From Octopus vulgaris (Eukaryota): a stretch of 64,000 nucleotides of DNA. A model generated the notes under the pieces. That model was not told where the DNA came from and did no database searches. It was given only the letters and a program-made list of their open reading frames with translations. The stretch lies in assembly GCA_951406725.2 (NCBI GenBank), contig OX597828.1, positions 17,546,001 to 17,610,000 of the forward strand, written 5' to 3'. A program made the position numbers and the translations under genes. Below are positions 41,148 through 54,132 of this stretch, piece by piece; the stretch's first letter is position 1; each line of letters opens with the position of its first letter.

Positions 41148-41700
41148 AGGCACATGGCCTAGAAGTTAGAGCAGCGGTCGAGGGATCGCGGGTTCGAATC
41201 TCAGACTGGGCGATGTGTGTGCTTACGAGCAAAACATCTAAGTTCCACGCGGTTCCGGCAGAAGGTAATGGTGAACTTCTGCTGACTCTTTCGCCACAAC
41301 TTTCTCTCACTCTTTCCTCCTGCATCTTGCAGCTCACAATAACCGTCCTTATCTTCCACCACGGACTCTAAAAGACTGGAACCCGGTACATGCGTACATC
41401 ACTGTATCTTTGTGAAGATCTTGCAATACGTCCTTGATCTCGACCACCAGCCCCTACTTGGTGCTGCTGCCAGAGCGGTTGACTTGTTTATGAACATAGA
41501 CCCACACATAGCAATTCATTGGATTAAAATACCCGTAATTAGACGGCCATAAATTGGAACTGGTGAAGTGATAGAAATCCTCAGACAACCACTTCAGACT
41601 TTCGAAATGTATGACACCCGTCCAGGTGGGGAAAATATACGCCAAGGAAACCGGGGGACCGGCCCTTATGAGCCAAGCATATCCCGAGAAAAAACAAACA
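41148..41700 (+). mobile_element. SINE (family C variant) interrupted by an inverted 284 bp insertion
   Basis: Head 41148-41337 with B box GGTTCGAATC. The SINE resumes at 41617 with CCCGTCCAGGTGGGGAA...GGCCCTTATGAGCC. Confidence 0.85.
41333..41616 (-). repeat. inverted duplicate of 42508-42791
   Basis: 284 nt reverse-complement match with about 7 substitutions by eye. Confidence 0.95.
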
Positions 41701-42250
41701 ATAGTTCGTTGTTTAGCTTTGCCATTATCAGCGGAAGATTTAAGCGATCGCTGATGGGTCAAACGAAATAATAGGTGCAAAGATTTTTCTGCTGAAATAA
41801 AACTTGTTGAAATATTAAGACAAATCTCACTGCGATGTTTAAGGAATGATGCTGCATACATATGTATCAACCTTGTAATGCGGCTATTATGGAATACGTT
41901 TCGATCGTGCGTTTTTTCTTCTGAATAATTTCAATCCGTTGTCTTGTTATCGTTTTCCATAAGTAGTTGATCGCTGTTTATCTTGTCCATTTCCAGTGGA
42001 GGTTTAAGCGATGACTGATTAATCAAAAGAAATAAAAGGCGAGTAAGGATTTTCATCTAATTTTGAGTTTGCTGATAAAAAAATGTGTTGAAATACTGGG
42101 ACAAATTTCGCTGTGATACGAGATGGATGTTTAATGAAAAACTATGCTCTCTGACGTTGTAATATATACATATGCATTAACCTTGCGATGTGGCAAATGT
42201 CGAATATGTTTCGATCGTGTGTTCTTTCATCGGAATAATTTTGACTGCTG
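41700..42250 (+). repeat. old diverged tandem duplication (about 270 bp units)
   Basis: TTTAAGCGAT..., TGTTGAAATA, AACCTTG and GTTTCGATCGTG...GAATAATTT each occur twice in the same order. Confidence 0.75.
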
Positions 42251-42364
42251 GATGCTTTTCCTAACCCAGAAAGGTTTGAAATAGAGTGATTGGATGCATT
42301 TTTGTAGGTAGAAGTATTAACGAATATTATAAGAATCTATACAATCTCATAAAAATATTGCATT

Positions 42365-42919
42365 TTTATGGCAGGCCCCACATATATGAAGAGGAGTTTA
42401 AGTTCAACTCAGAGGGCTATGTGAAGCTGCTGGAGATGTAGTCAAACCTTGACAGCTAAAGTTTTGCATCTGGACGGCCTTATGTGTGCCAGCAGAGTTT
42501 GACATATTGTCATACATTTCGAAAGTCTGAAGTGGTTGTCTGAGGATTTCTATCACTTCACCAGTTCCAATTTATGGCCATCTAATTACGGATATTTTAA
42601 TCCAATGAATTGCTATGTGTGGGTCTATGTTCATAAACAAATCAACCGCTCTGTCAGCAGCACCAAGTAGGGGCTGGTGGTCGAGATCAAGGACGTATTG
42701 CAAGATCTTCACAAAGATACAGTGATGTACGCATGTACCGGGTTCCAGTCTTTTAGAGTCCGTGATGGAAGATATGGCCGGTTATTGTGAGTAAACCGTT
42801 ATCTCCCACCTATAATCTAGTTGATATTTTTTTGATTTATAAAAAACATTTACTTATGGGTGCGATATTGTGTCTTCTTTTCCTTATATGCAAACTATCA
42901 AATTTAACCCGAACTTGTA
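42365..42919 (+). pseudogene. Tc1/mariner superfamily (maT/DD37D-like) transposase 3' remnant
   Basis: PHIYEE.FKFNSEGYVKLLE...SGRPYVCQQS..CHT...KWLSEDFYHFTSSNLWPSNYGYFNPMNCYVW, cf. QQDSAPCHT...WPPNSPDLNPMDYYVW. Confidence 0.85.
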
Positions 42920-43019
42920 AGCATATGTACACACACATACACACACACACGCATACATTCGTACCAAAGCAAACACGGATACACCCACGCACATGCACCT
43001 TCACATATTGTTCTCGTTT

Positions 43020-43314
43020 GTTCCTTCTGGATCCATGCCTAGCTCAGAAGAGCCAGTTTCCTGGTTTCATTGACGTGTAGGTTCCACATCAGGACGAGAC
43101 GCCGGTCTGTCTCAGGTGTGCTGCTAGATGAAGCAGGAGAGAGTGAGAAAAAAGTTATGACGCAAGAGTCAGCAGAAGTTCTTCATTACCTTCTGCCGGT
43201 ACATGTGGAGCTTAGGTGTTTCGCTCATAAACATACACACCGCCCGGTCTGAGATTCGAATCCGCGATCCCTCGACCGCGTTTCCACTGCTCTAACCATT
43301 AGGCCATGTGCCTC
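43020..43314 (-). mobile_element. full-length SINE (family C variant)
   Basis: Reverse-complement similarity to 41148-41337 plus 41617-41700. Confidence 0.9.
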
Positions 43315-43555
43315 CTCACACTCACATATAGATATTAAACACGCTCACATACAGATATTAAACTTGCATACACATGTATGTATGTATGTATGCATGTGCA
43401 TATATTTAGTTCACAAATATCTGCGCCCGTGAACATGTACAGTGATGTGTCGATGTGTCTGCGTGCGTCTGTCTGCGTGCTCATGAGTGTTAAGTGTTAT
43501 CCGCAAACACATAAATGTGTTGATACATGTATAAGTATGGATACATATACTCACC

Positions 43556-43593
<38 letters not shown>

Positions 43594-43600
43594 ATTTACA

Positions 43601-43639
<39 letters not shown>

Positions 43640-43650
43640 CATAATTTACA

Positions 43651-43717
<67 letters not shown>

Positions 43718-43873
43718 AACACATACATACTCACACACGCACACGTACACACATATATTATATAAACTGCTTATCTGAATCTTTTTACTTTATTTCAAAC
43801 TTATTTGGGGATAAAGCGAGATGACTTATTGTGTATATATCTGTATACATACATGTACACAATTAGTCCTCTG

Positions 43874-43946
<73 letters not shown>

Positions 43947-44484
43947 ATGTATGTATGTATGTATGTATGTATGTATGTAGGTGTGTATACGCACACAAAT
44001 ATATATGGACGTTCACGTATACATACATACATATACACACACACGCACCTATATACATATATATATGTATTTATTTATTGCCCTTCCAATCTTCTCTGTC
44101 TCTTTTAAATCTTGTGAATTATTTACACGTTAATGTTTGCTGTTTTGATTCTCGTGATCAATTATTTTGTTATATATTTTGCCATCTCATTTTTACAACT
44201 TCCTTTAGGACTGTTATACTCTGCCATGTATCTGTTGTTGTTGTTGTTGTTGTTGTTTTGTTGATGTTGTTGTAGCTGGCTGCTGTTGTTGTGTTTTTTT
44301 GAGGGCTGTTGTGTTTTTGTTGTTGTTGTTGTTTTTTTTTTTTTGTTCATACTCAATTTGGATTTCATATTTTGAAATTGTTACTACGATGTTGTAGACG
44401 CTTTTAGGCGCAAGAAGAGAAATATGAAACTTTTTGGCACCAATTCGACGTCAGACAAAAAGCAAGCAAACACCTAACAAATAA

Positions 44485-44655
44485 CTATAATATAATATAA
44501 CAACATTAATAATAACAATAATAATAATAAGAAGAATAATAAGAAGAAGACGAAGAAGAAGAAGAAAAAGAAGAAGAAGAATGCTGACGATAATAGTAAT
44601 AATGATAATGATGATAATAGTAATACTACTACCAATAATAATAATTATAATAATA

Positions 44656-44717
<62 letters not shown>

Positions 44718-44758
44718 AGTAATACTACTACTAATAATAAGGATAATAATCTTAACTA

Positions 44759-44793
<35 letters not shown>

Positions 44794-44930
44794 AGAAGAA
44801 GAAGAAGAAGAAGAAGAAGAAGAAGAAGAAGAAGAAGAAGAAGAAGAAGAAGAAGAAGAAGAAGAAGAAGAAGAAAGTGACGTCGATGATGCTTGATGAT
44901 GATAATAACGATAATGAAAATAATAGTAGT
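44485..44930. repeat. (AAT)/(GAT)/(GAA)n compound microsatellite
   Basis: Direct inspection; near-pure (GAA)n at 44758-44876. Confidence 0.95.
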
Positions 44931-45499
44931 AAGCTAATGTAAAACAAATTAAAATACCATGTTTTAATTCTCTTTACACAATAATCTATATTGAATGTCG
45001 GGTTATGTTTGCTAAAAGTCTTTATTTCTGATTCGTTGTGATTCGTGCCAAACTGAGGTTTTGTTTAATAAAGACATGTGGAATCTTGGCGAGAGATGGA
45101 TAGAGAGATAGAGAGAGAGAGAGTGAGGGAGGCAGGCAGAGAGAGAGAGAGAGAGGGCTGATAAGGGGGAAATGTTCTGGGAGGCTTATGGAAAGTGTTT
45201 GTTCAACTATGTATGGGATAGGTTGGTTGATTGGGTGGTTGGGTGACTAGTTGAAGGATTTTACGATGGAATAGGCGGAGGGTCCCGTGAGACATAACGG
45301 TGGATGTTGGCCTGTTGCTAATGTCGATCTTCTTTTTTCTTTTTTTCAATTTTTTTTTTAAATAATGTACGTCTAGAGCAACCTAGAGCAACCAACCTAT
45401 CTAGTCGTGGGAAGAAGAGAGCAACGCTAGTAAGCAGTAAATTTACTGAGGCACAAGTTAATTGTATATTGTTCACACTGTTCACAGATGCACACATAC

Positions 45500-45542
45500 A
45501 CACAACAGATACACACACACACGTGCTATCATTACACACACG

Positions 45543-45577
<35 letters not shown>

Positions 45578-45895
45578 CTGCGCGCACGCATATACCCACA
45601 CATACACACACATACCTCCTTCCTTTTCCCTCTCCTGTCTTTGAAAGAACTTTTTCTTCGCCCATTCCCTTCCGGTCATTTCAATATGTAACCATGTGTG
45701 TATCGTTGGCGTTTTTTTCCTCCGACTTCCCTTACTTGGACTTTTCCTTTTTCTATGTTTCTGACGAAACGCTCCGCTTGAAACGTTAAGTCCTCCTTCT
45801 TTCTTTCCTTTCCTGAGCGTCCAATAACACTATACTTGTTCCACGTCCTCGCGTTGTTGTGTTTTTCTCTTTGTGTTTTCATGTTTGGATTAACT
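45500..45895 (+). mobile_element. hammerhead-bearing element, copy 2
   Basis: Colinear with 33780-34170 and shares the same 3' end before a TA tract. Confidence 0.8.
45757..45791 (+). ncRNA. minimal type I hammerhead, core intact, stems weakened
   Basis: gttt-CTGACGA-a-acgc tcc gctt-GAAA-cg-TT-aagt. Confidence 0.7.
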
Positions 45896-45916
45896 ACACA
45901 TATATATATATGTATA

Positions 45917-45989
<73 letters not shown>

Positions 45990-46954
45990 AAGGAGGTGGT
46001 AGAGGGGGAGAATTCCGTATCTATATTACTTACTGATAACCATGATAATGAAGGATCATCAGTGAGTTCACGCAAACCGCTAGAAATAGCAACTATGTCT
46101 CCATCACATTTCATTAAACCACCTTTTTAAACGAAACAACACACTGGATAATGCATTTCACTGCTTACAACACCATCAATAATAATTTTGGTGAAGTCTC
46201 AAGGGTTGTAAATTTAAGGCACTACCATCGACCCCAATGCAAGTACTTGGAATGGTACTCTATTTTAACAACTGATACTTTATTTTGCCGATCCGAGTTA
46301 GGTGAACGGAAAAGATAACCTTGGTGAGATTTTCACACAAAACGAATAGATGTCAATATTGGATTGGATGATGGATGACCATGGCAAAATTTCCTTTCAT
46401 CTTCAGCCTGCCTGACCAGTGCTGACCTAGAGTGAGCTAAAGCACCTAGTGAAGCCTTCTTAATTGCTTATTTCTAAGAGAAGTAAATTTGTGAGATTGT
46501 GTCAACCTGGGCCATTAGCATGCTTTACGCTTTCTTAAGAGAAACATAGCCTTCACTTAGAAGCACGTTTGGCCTTATAGCTTGTACTACTGTTTCGCTA
46601 AGTGTTTGTGGGTGTCTAAGTAGATGAGGGCATTTATAGACACAAACTGGTCTCCACTCATCTTTCTTTCATCCGTGGCTTTGCCTTACATCCAAAATGC
46701 GACAGCTGGGGGTAAACGAGGATAAAGAAGCAACTGGCTAGTACTCGTTTATAGTTCAGTAGACTAGACCAGACCATCAGGAAATGAATGAGAAATACTT
46801 TGTTGAATGACAAGACATACACCATCTCGCCTGGGGCTCGAATCCACGACCGTATGATGACGAACCCACACTCTGAGCCATGTGCATTTACACATTTACT
46901 TAACACGGAGATCATATCACATTCTTAGTCGTACAAGAACGCTATCCCCTATAT

Positions 46955-47108
46955 ATACTCTTTACTCTTTTACTCTTTTACTTGTTTCAGTCATTTGACT
47001 GCGGCCATGCTGGAGCACCACCTTTAATCGAGCAACTCGACCCCAGGACTTATTCTTTTGTAAGCCCAGTACTTATTCTATCGGTCTTTTTTGCCGAACC
47101 GCTAAGTA
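46955..47108 (-). mobile_element. SINE family A, 5'-truncated
   Basis: (TACTCTTT)n tail plus a near-consensus 3' half. Confidence 0.9.
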
Positions 47109-47194
47109 ATTATATCTATAATTAAAAGGATAAAGTAGTTTTTTTTTTTATATATATCAGAGACAATTTCTCGCCATAGTATTGTCGTATGTAA

Positions 47195-47542
47195 GGGAGC
47201 AAAATACATTATACGGTCTTTCTCACTGATGAAAGCATATCCGCGATCGGGGTCTGGGTTGTACACCACGTGTAGATGCCGTTTAACAAGTGGTCTACAA
47301 AGATTCTAAGTAGAAATTAATTTCACGCTATGGTTTCCAATATTGTGTTGCATTGTATGCTTCTTGAAAGTTACAAATTTGTAACAGTAATTTCTTCTAT
47401 GTTGCCTATTCTCGCCATTATATAAATTGGTGTGTGCATTGAGGTACTTGTTAAACAGCATCTACACCTGCTACACACCACAAAACGCTATCGCAAATAT
47501 GTTTTCATCGGCGAGAAAGACCGTATAATGTATTTAGCTCCC
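47195..47542. mobile_element. MITE with about 97 bp terminal inverted repeats
   Basis: GGGAGC.AAATACATTATACGGTCTTTCTC.C.GATGAAA.CATAT (47195-47291) is mirrored at 47446-47542. Confidence 0.85.
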
Positions 47543-47679
47543 ATATATATGTATAAGGGAAAAATTTAATCCTCACCAAATGTGACTTAGGGTCCCGAAG
47601 CACCTACATTGTGCCTAGCTGTTTATAAGTATATATATGTTTGTGTGTGTTTGTACGTAAGTACGTAAGTACATACAGC

Positions 47680-47717
<38 letters not shown>

Positions 47718-47904
47718 ATAATAAATATTAGGGAATAAATCCAAATTTACAGGGAAAAAATCAGATTTAGGATTGAATCCAATTTTATAGTAAAATATTA
47801 TATAATATTAATTAGAGACAAAACCACTATTATGCAAATCAAACAAAGAAAGACTTAATCCAATACATACAAAATGTTATATAAATTAAATAAAATTAAG
47901 TTAT

Positions 47905-47950
47905 CCACTACAATTGTTTCCTGTCACTTCTAAGGACATTCATCAGATGC
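47905..47950 (-). ncRNA. minimal type I hammerhead ribozyme
   Basis: Minus strand reads gcat-CTGATGA-a-tgtc cttagaagt gaca-g-GAAA-caattg-TA-gtgg. The core is intact and stem III is palindromic (ACAAUUGU). An AT-rich tail of about 190 nt follows to 47715, and the unit is flanked by TA tracts. Confidence 0.78.
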
Positions 47951-47961
47951 ATACATTCATA

Positions 47962-47998
<37 letters not shown>

Positions 47999-48007
47999 TT
48001 ATGCATA

Positions 48008-48465
48008 TATGATGACTGCCCACTCGTTATCGAGCATGGCCATTGCATGAAGCTTAACTGTTATTGGTGCTGTGATCGAATGTGACTTTTATTTGCTTTT
48101 TAATCTACAGCCAGCCATTCAGTTGCGACTCACAGCACCATCAACAGTCATGAACAATGTTGTTATCGTGCAATGCCTGTGCAGGAATTTTTTTTTAAAG
48201 TGGGGAAAGGCTGTGCACTGAGTCAATCCCACTCACTAAGCAACAGCGGCCATAATCCGAAAAGAAGAACAAGTCAACATCATCGGTAACCACTGAGCCG
48301 CATGTTTTATGTCGGAGTTATCCCAGTTACCTGAGTTACCTTCTCATAGAAGGATGCCCTAACAAAGGCTAGGAGTCTTTCACTTCCAATGGTTTAACCG
48401 CGCGATCGGGTATTCAGTCCGGTTATTTCTATGTCCCCGCGCATGATACAGCCTTAAGCCTTAAG
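48008..48465 (-). mobile_element. unclassified retroposon-like repeat (possibly RTE-derived)
   Basis: Higher-GC block between TA tracts. CCCTAACAAAGGCTAGGAGTC is reminiscent of RTE UTR motifs. Only a single copy is present in the window. Confidence 0.3.
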
Positions 48466-48535
48466 AAAAGAAAAAACGTAATTTTTTTTTAATGCATATA
48501 TGCATATATACATACATACGTACATACAAACATAC

Positions 48536-48624
<89 letters not shown>

Positions 48625-48864
48625 TATATGCATAGGTATAGAGGATCAGAGGAATACATCCGTATATAATGAGTGATTTTCACATATACAGAAAATAAAA
48701 CGAACATTTACTGAATAAATTATACACTACAAAACAGAATTTACGTTTCATCATTTTGTTGGCAGTGACTTCGAAGGTTCACAAGAAAATGACTCGTATT
48801 TGAATTATTCAGTTAGGTTCAGATCAGCTCTGGAATAAGCTACACAAGTGGAGAAACACCCGAG

Positions 48865-48912
<48 letters not shown>

Positions 48913-48931
48913 ATATGAATAAATATGTGCA

Positions 48932-49047
<116 letters not shown>

Positions 49048-49183
49048 ATATAAGTTAGATGTATGAAAACCATGTAAGAGATAGTCGTATACAGAGTCAC
49101 ACCTGTTAATTACCTCAGTATGTATGGTCCTTGTTACAAGGTATACGATAGTGAGTAATTTAAAGGTAAACCGTAGTTTAATG

Positions 49184-49303
49184 TATATACAGACGATAAG
49201 AAAGTGCAGAAATCAATAACAATGAGAAGTGGATACTTGGTGTTATAGAAAAAGATGCACTTCTGATCTTTATTTATCTCAGTTTTCTTATCGTCTGTAT
49301 ATA
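49184..49303. repeat. imperfect 120 bp palindrome
   Basis: TATATACAGACGATAAGAAA / TTTCTTATCGTCTGTATATA form perfect 20 bp ends, with diverged pairing continuing inward. Confidence 0.8.
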
Positions 49304-49308
49304 TATAC

Positions 49309-49360
<52 letters not shown>

Positions 49361-49698
49361 GTGTGTGTGTGTATGCATGTATATCTGTATGTATGTATTT
49401 CATTTCGTTTATGTATATATATATATATGTATTTTATTTTGGGATTTGGTTTCTAAGATTCTTTATGTGACTTCGTGTTTTGAAGCATATTTTGTGTTTG
49501 GGGAGATTCATTTACTTTTAGTGCCTTATTACTTAACACACTCATCGGTAAAGTTTCCACTCATTTACTTATTTATGCCTTTTAAAATTTTTATTTATTT
49601 ATACATATACGTGAATGTATGTATGCCATTGTGTATGCTTTCGCGCGCCGTGTGTGTATATGTATGTATGTGTGTATGTATGTATGTATCCATCTATC

Positions 49699-49754
<56 letters not shown>

Positions 49755-49808
49755 CATATATATATTGAGTCAAACATACCCCACTCCTACATATTCATAT
49801 ATGAATAC

Positions 49809-49845
<37 letters not shown>

Positions 49846-50699
49846 CAAACACAGAATGCACACATTGTGTGCATACACTTGTTTTGCGTGTATCTCGTTT
49901 CGACTATGAACCTGTGGATTTCTGTGTTAGTGTGCGTTAGTATGTAAGTACGTGTTTTATGTATGTGTGTGCGTCTGAGGGTGTGTGCGAGCGTATGTGT
50001 GTCTGTGTGTGTTTGTGTGTGCGCGTGTGTAAGTCTGCGCGCTTGATTTTCTGTGCGTGTACGTGCAGCAAAAAATACATTTAACCTTTGCTCTTCATGT
50101 AAGAAGACTTCCAATCCTTTACTATTTCCGGCACACTGAATTAAAGTAACCAGATCAGCCTCTATGCGTTCTATTTGCCGAATGTACGTGGTGGGTGGGC
50201 CCAGGTCAAATTGAGGTGATCAGTTGAAAGGTTCACCACAGTATGAAGTAAAGGTATTCAACTTTCGTTGTCCCATTCAAAGCACGAATTTTATTATAGG
50301 AAAATCTTCCTTCCCTTTTCTTTTCATAAAATAATCATTGCAAAGTTACGAGTCGATCTGCTATAGTAACTTGTTCAATGATTAGTGTAATGTTGAGATG
50401 AGTCATAGGACACATTTTTTTTTCAATGGAAAGAAAGCACTTAGGAATATGTATGTCAGTAGTTTGGGCTTTATACTACTGTGTAATGCATTGTGTCTTA
50501 GAAATAGCTGCGGATAACATCTGCATGCAGAACGGCTGGCGTTAGAGGAATATACTAAGTTATCCAAAGGGTTATATGGCATAGGTATATACATATGTGT
50601 GTGTATGTGTATCTTTAGATGCATATATAAAGAGGTACAGATATAGACATAGATATACATATAATCATATATGAATAAGCGCAGAAACACATGCACACA

Positions 50700-50739
<40 letters not shown>

Positions 50740-50772
50740 AGTACATACGTACGTGTGTGTGTGCGTACAGAG

Positions 50773-50846
<74 letters not shown>

Positions 50847-50948
50847 ATAGATAGGTAGATAGAAAGACAGACTGACAGATAGACAGACATACAGACATAC
50901 ATACAGACAGTTAGACAGATAGATAGATAGATAGATAGATAGATATAG

Positions 50949-50986
<38 letters not shown>

Positions 50987-51589
50987 GTATGAATGTGTGT
51001 GTGTCTGTCTGTATGTGTATGTATGTGAGTGTGAGAGAGCGAGAGAGCAAGTGTGCGTATCCTTATGTATATACGTACACTTATAATAGTTAAGCTTGCG
51101 ATATTTGTTCCGGTTTTTATGTTTTGATTTCAAATCCATCAAAGCTTTCAGAGTGGGAGAGCCGAGTCGATAAAATTTGGTACCAGCGAAATACTGCGAT
51201 CAGCAGTATTCACTATTTCCTTTCACAAAATATTGCGCGTGTGCCAATACTATAAATCCTTTTTAATACCACTGTGAATATATTTTCCTTTAGATGCATG
51301 GCAATATGCTGTATTTCGATTGAATTACAATGTATGTGGCCACATTTTTTACTGATATACCAGTAATCAGAGGGGTGCAGAATAGCATGTGATACCCAAG
51401 ACGGCTGGTAATTCTCCCAACGTCAAAAGTCCGTCACCACAAAATTCTCTGGATTCGCCTTAAAACTGATCATCACAAGTTGTTCTTTCAAATTATACTC
51501 ATGTAGATTTATTTTTTGTGGTGTCGCCCATAAGGAAACGGAGCTGTGAAAGGGAATAGTTACTCACAACAGGAAAAGGGTAAGGAGTG

Positions 51590-51915
51590 AAGACCACCTT
51601 CGGCCATGAATGACCATGGGATTGCACAAAGAAAGTTACCCGCCGGGGTGCAAATCTGGACAAGGCTGTTTATGGAAGACCAGCAGTCGCCCAAGCATAC
51701 TAGTCATTTCTCTCCACGACACTGATGTTACCCAAAGGAAAGGCAAACGCCGAGACATCTTGGCACCAATGACGTCGCAATTCATTTCTACAGATGAGCG
51801 AATAGGAGCAATGTGAGATAAAGTGTCTTGCTCAAGAACACAACAGACAGTCTGATCCAGGAATCGAATTTACTAATTCATGAGTGTGAGTCCGACACCC
51901 TAACTACTGACATAT
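51590..51915 (-). mobile_element. tRNA-derived SINE (family C head, different tail), copy 1
   Basis: Colinear with 52650-52965; core AAAGTGTCTTGCTCAAGAACACAAC. Confidence 0.8.
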
Positions 51916-52649
51916 GCAGGTATGGACCGTAAATGTGTCAGTCACTGTGAGGTAGTCTTTCTGGGATCATCCGAGAATTCTTCGGTCTCAGAATGCTCTT
52001 ACATTTCGAGAGCATTTATTCACCCTTTCAGTTATATCTCTGCGCACCCCAACTCCCACCGCCGCCATACATACTACTGCTACTCGTTCACTTTTAGTCC
52101 TAGTTCATTCATTCCTTCAACAGTTGAGTTCAAGTTTTCAAGCAACCCTCCTCGCTAGAAAAATGTAGTAGAGTGCGTCTTTAGTCACCATGATCCTAAC
52201 ATTTATGAGGGTTCCCTGGATTACAAGTCATCCACCATAGATAAATATCCCATGATATCTCACTGCGAGACACATTCAAAGAGGATCTAGGATTTTATCA
52301 ATCCGAAAAATACCTTAGAGAGCAACTCACTTGTTCATCCTCTCTGATATATCTATGTACCCCACCATCATACACACCATTGCTAAATACTCGTTGGCTT
52401 TATTCTGTGTTATCTGTCCATTTAAAAGGGCATTTTGTGTTTAGCTTGCTGAATTTCAAACAACTTTCCCTGCTCAAAAGTCTAGTGGGCGGCTGCTTTA
52501 GCCACCTTGACACAATCATGTAACAGGGTGTAATAGGTCACATGTTACAACTAGTACTCAAAGTGCGGTGAGCTTTCATAGAAGAATACAAGGAACCATA
52601 AAAGTCTAATGGGTGTTACTCCACTTATACTATATCCAGTGAAAGGGTA

Positions 52650-52965
52650 AATGACCATGGGGTTACACCAAAAAAGTTACCCTCCAAGGCACAAGCCCAC
52701 TTAGGGTTGTATATGGAAGACCATCAATCACTCATGCATACCAGCCTCCACCACTTTGCTACCCGTGGTATACAAGGGAAAGGCAAAGGCCGATACAGCG
52801 TAGCAACAGTGACGTCGCAACTCATTTCTACAGCCGAGTGAACTGGAGTAACGTGAAATAAAGTGCCTTGCTCAAGATTACAACACACAGCCCGATACTG
52901 GAATCGGACTCACTACCCCATGATTGTGAGCCCGACGCTCTAACCACTAAACCATGCACCTTCAC
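52650..52965 (-). mobile_element. tRNA-derived SINE, copy 2
   Basis: ATGACCATGGG...GGAAAGGCAAA...TGACGTCGCAA...CTCTAACCACT. Confidence 0.8.
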
Positions 52966-53830
52966 TTATTTCCAGTATGTTAGTGATACAGATGTAGAAA
53001 ATTGGAATTTTCTCCCATAAAATGCGATGTACTGTTATTCCGTGATAAAACGTTGCAAAAATCGCACTCAGGCGAAGGGAGCTGGAATAAATGTGAAATA
53101 AATGTGCTGACGTAACCGACCGAGTGATTTGAAATACTCACATTCGCCCAGTTGTCCATTTAACAATCTTCTCTGTTTCAAGGATTAAGTTTATGTTTCC
53201 AGCCTACGAAACATTTGCAACCTTACTTCTAGAAAACACAGAAGCCCAGTAAAAAAGGAATTTTCCTAATTTTTTTTTTCTTCTCTTATCCATTATATTA
53301 TTGCCCCAATATTGTCTACGGACCAGTGTTTCTCACTGACAGGTGTAGGTTACTTCAGAGTAGGGCATTAGTAACAAGAAAATTTTCGATACTTTTAATT
53401 AAATGTTCCTTTGAATATTTGCAACATGCTGCAGAACGTTTCTCTCCCTTTTTTTTTTTTTTTGCTTTTTGTTTCTTTTTCGGATTTTAGAAATTCGTAG
53501 TCAGTTGTTGGATAAAAATGATTCCGTAATGTTTTTTAATTTTTTTTTAGATATCAACACAGATATTTCTACAGATAGAGGGACCTGAAGGACACAGTAG
53601 ATATTTGCTGCAAGTCCAACAAGACATGCAAGACCAATTCTAGTCTAAAATGTCTCCTCAAAGCTCATCAACAACAACTGACAAAAAATAATGAAATAGA
53701 TCCTGTGTAGACACAATATCACATCTGCCATTTGTGTTTCGTACCATATCAGCCATTGGTTCGGCTTAAAAGTCATATCTTTCGAATCAGCTGTTATATT
53801 GATGCTTTCAGACGTTTTTCTTCTTGCAAT

Positions 53831-54132
53831 TTATTTATTTATGCGCCCTTTTCAAGCCTAGCAAGGCTCATGGGCCCGGTTTCCCGGTTTCTGTGACGTA
53901 TGTGTTCCCCCCAGCTGGACGGGACGCCAGTCCATCGCAGCGTTACTCAAGAAAGAGGAAGAAAGAGTGAGGGAAAGTTGCGGCGAAAGAGTACAACAGA
54001 GGTCGCACCACCCCCTGCCGAAGCCTGGTAGAGCTATAGGTGTTTTCGCTCAATAAACACACACAACGCCCGGTCTAGGAATCGAAATCGCGATCCTCCG
54101 ACCGTGAGTCCGCTGCCCTAACCACTGGACTA
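53831..54132 (-). mobile_element. SINE (family C variant) with TTGCAAT TSD
   Basis: (TTTA)n tail, CTGGACGGGACGCCAGTCCATCGCAG core and tRNA head. TTGCAAT occurs at 53824-53830 and 54133-54139. Confidence 0.88.

Noticed and set aside
53550-53690. Strong splice acceptor TTTTTTTTTAG with short open frame
   Set aside because: The frames close quickly, there is no donor and no recognisable protein.
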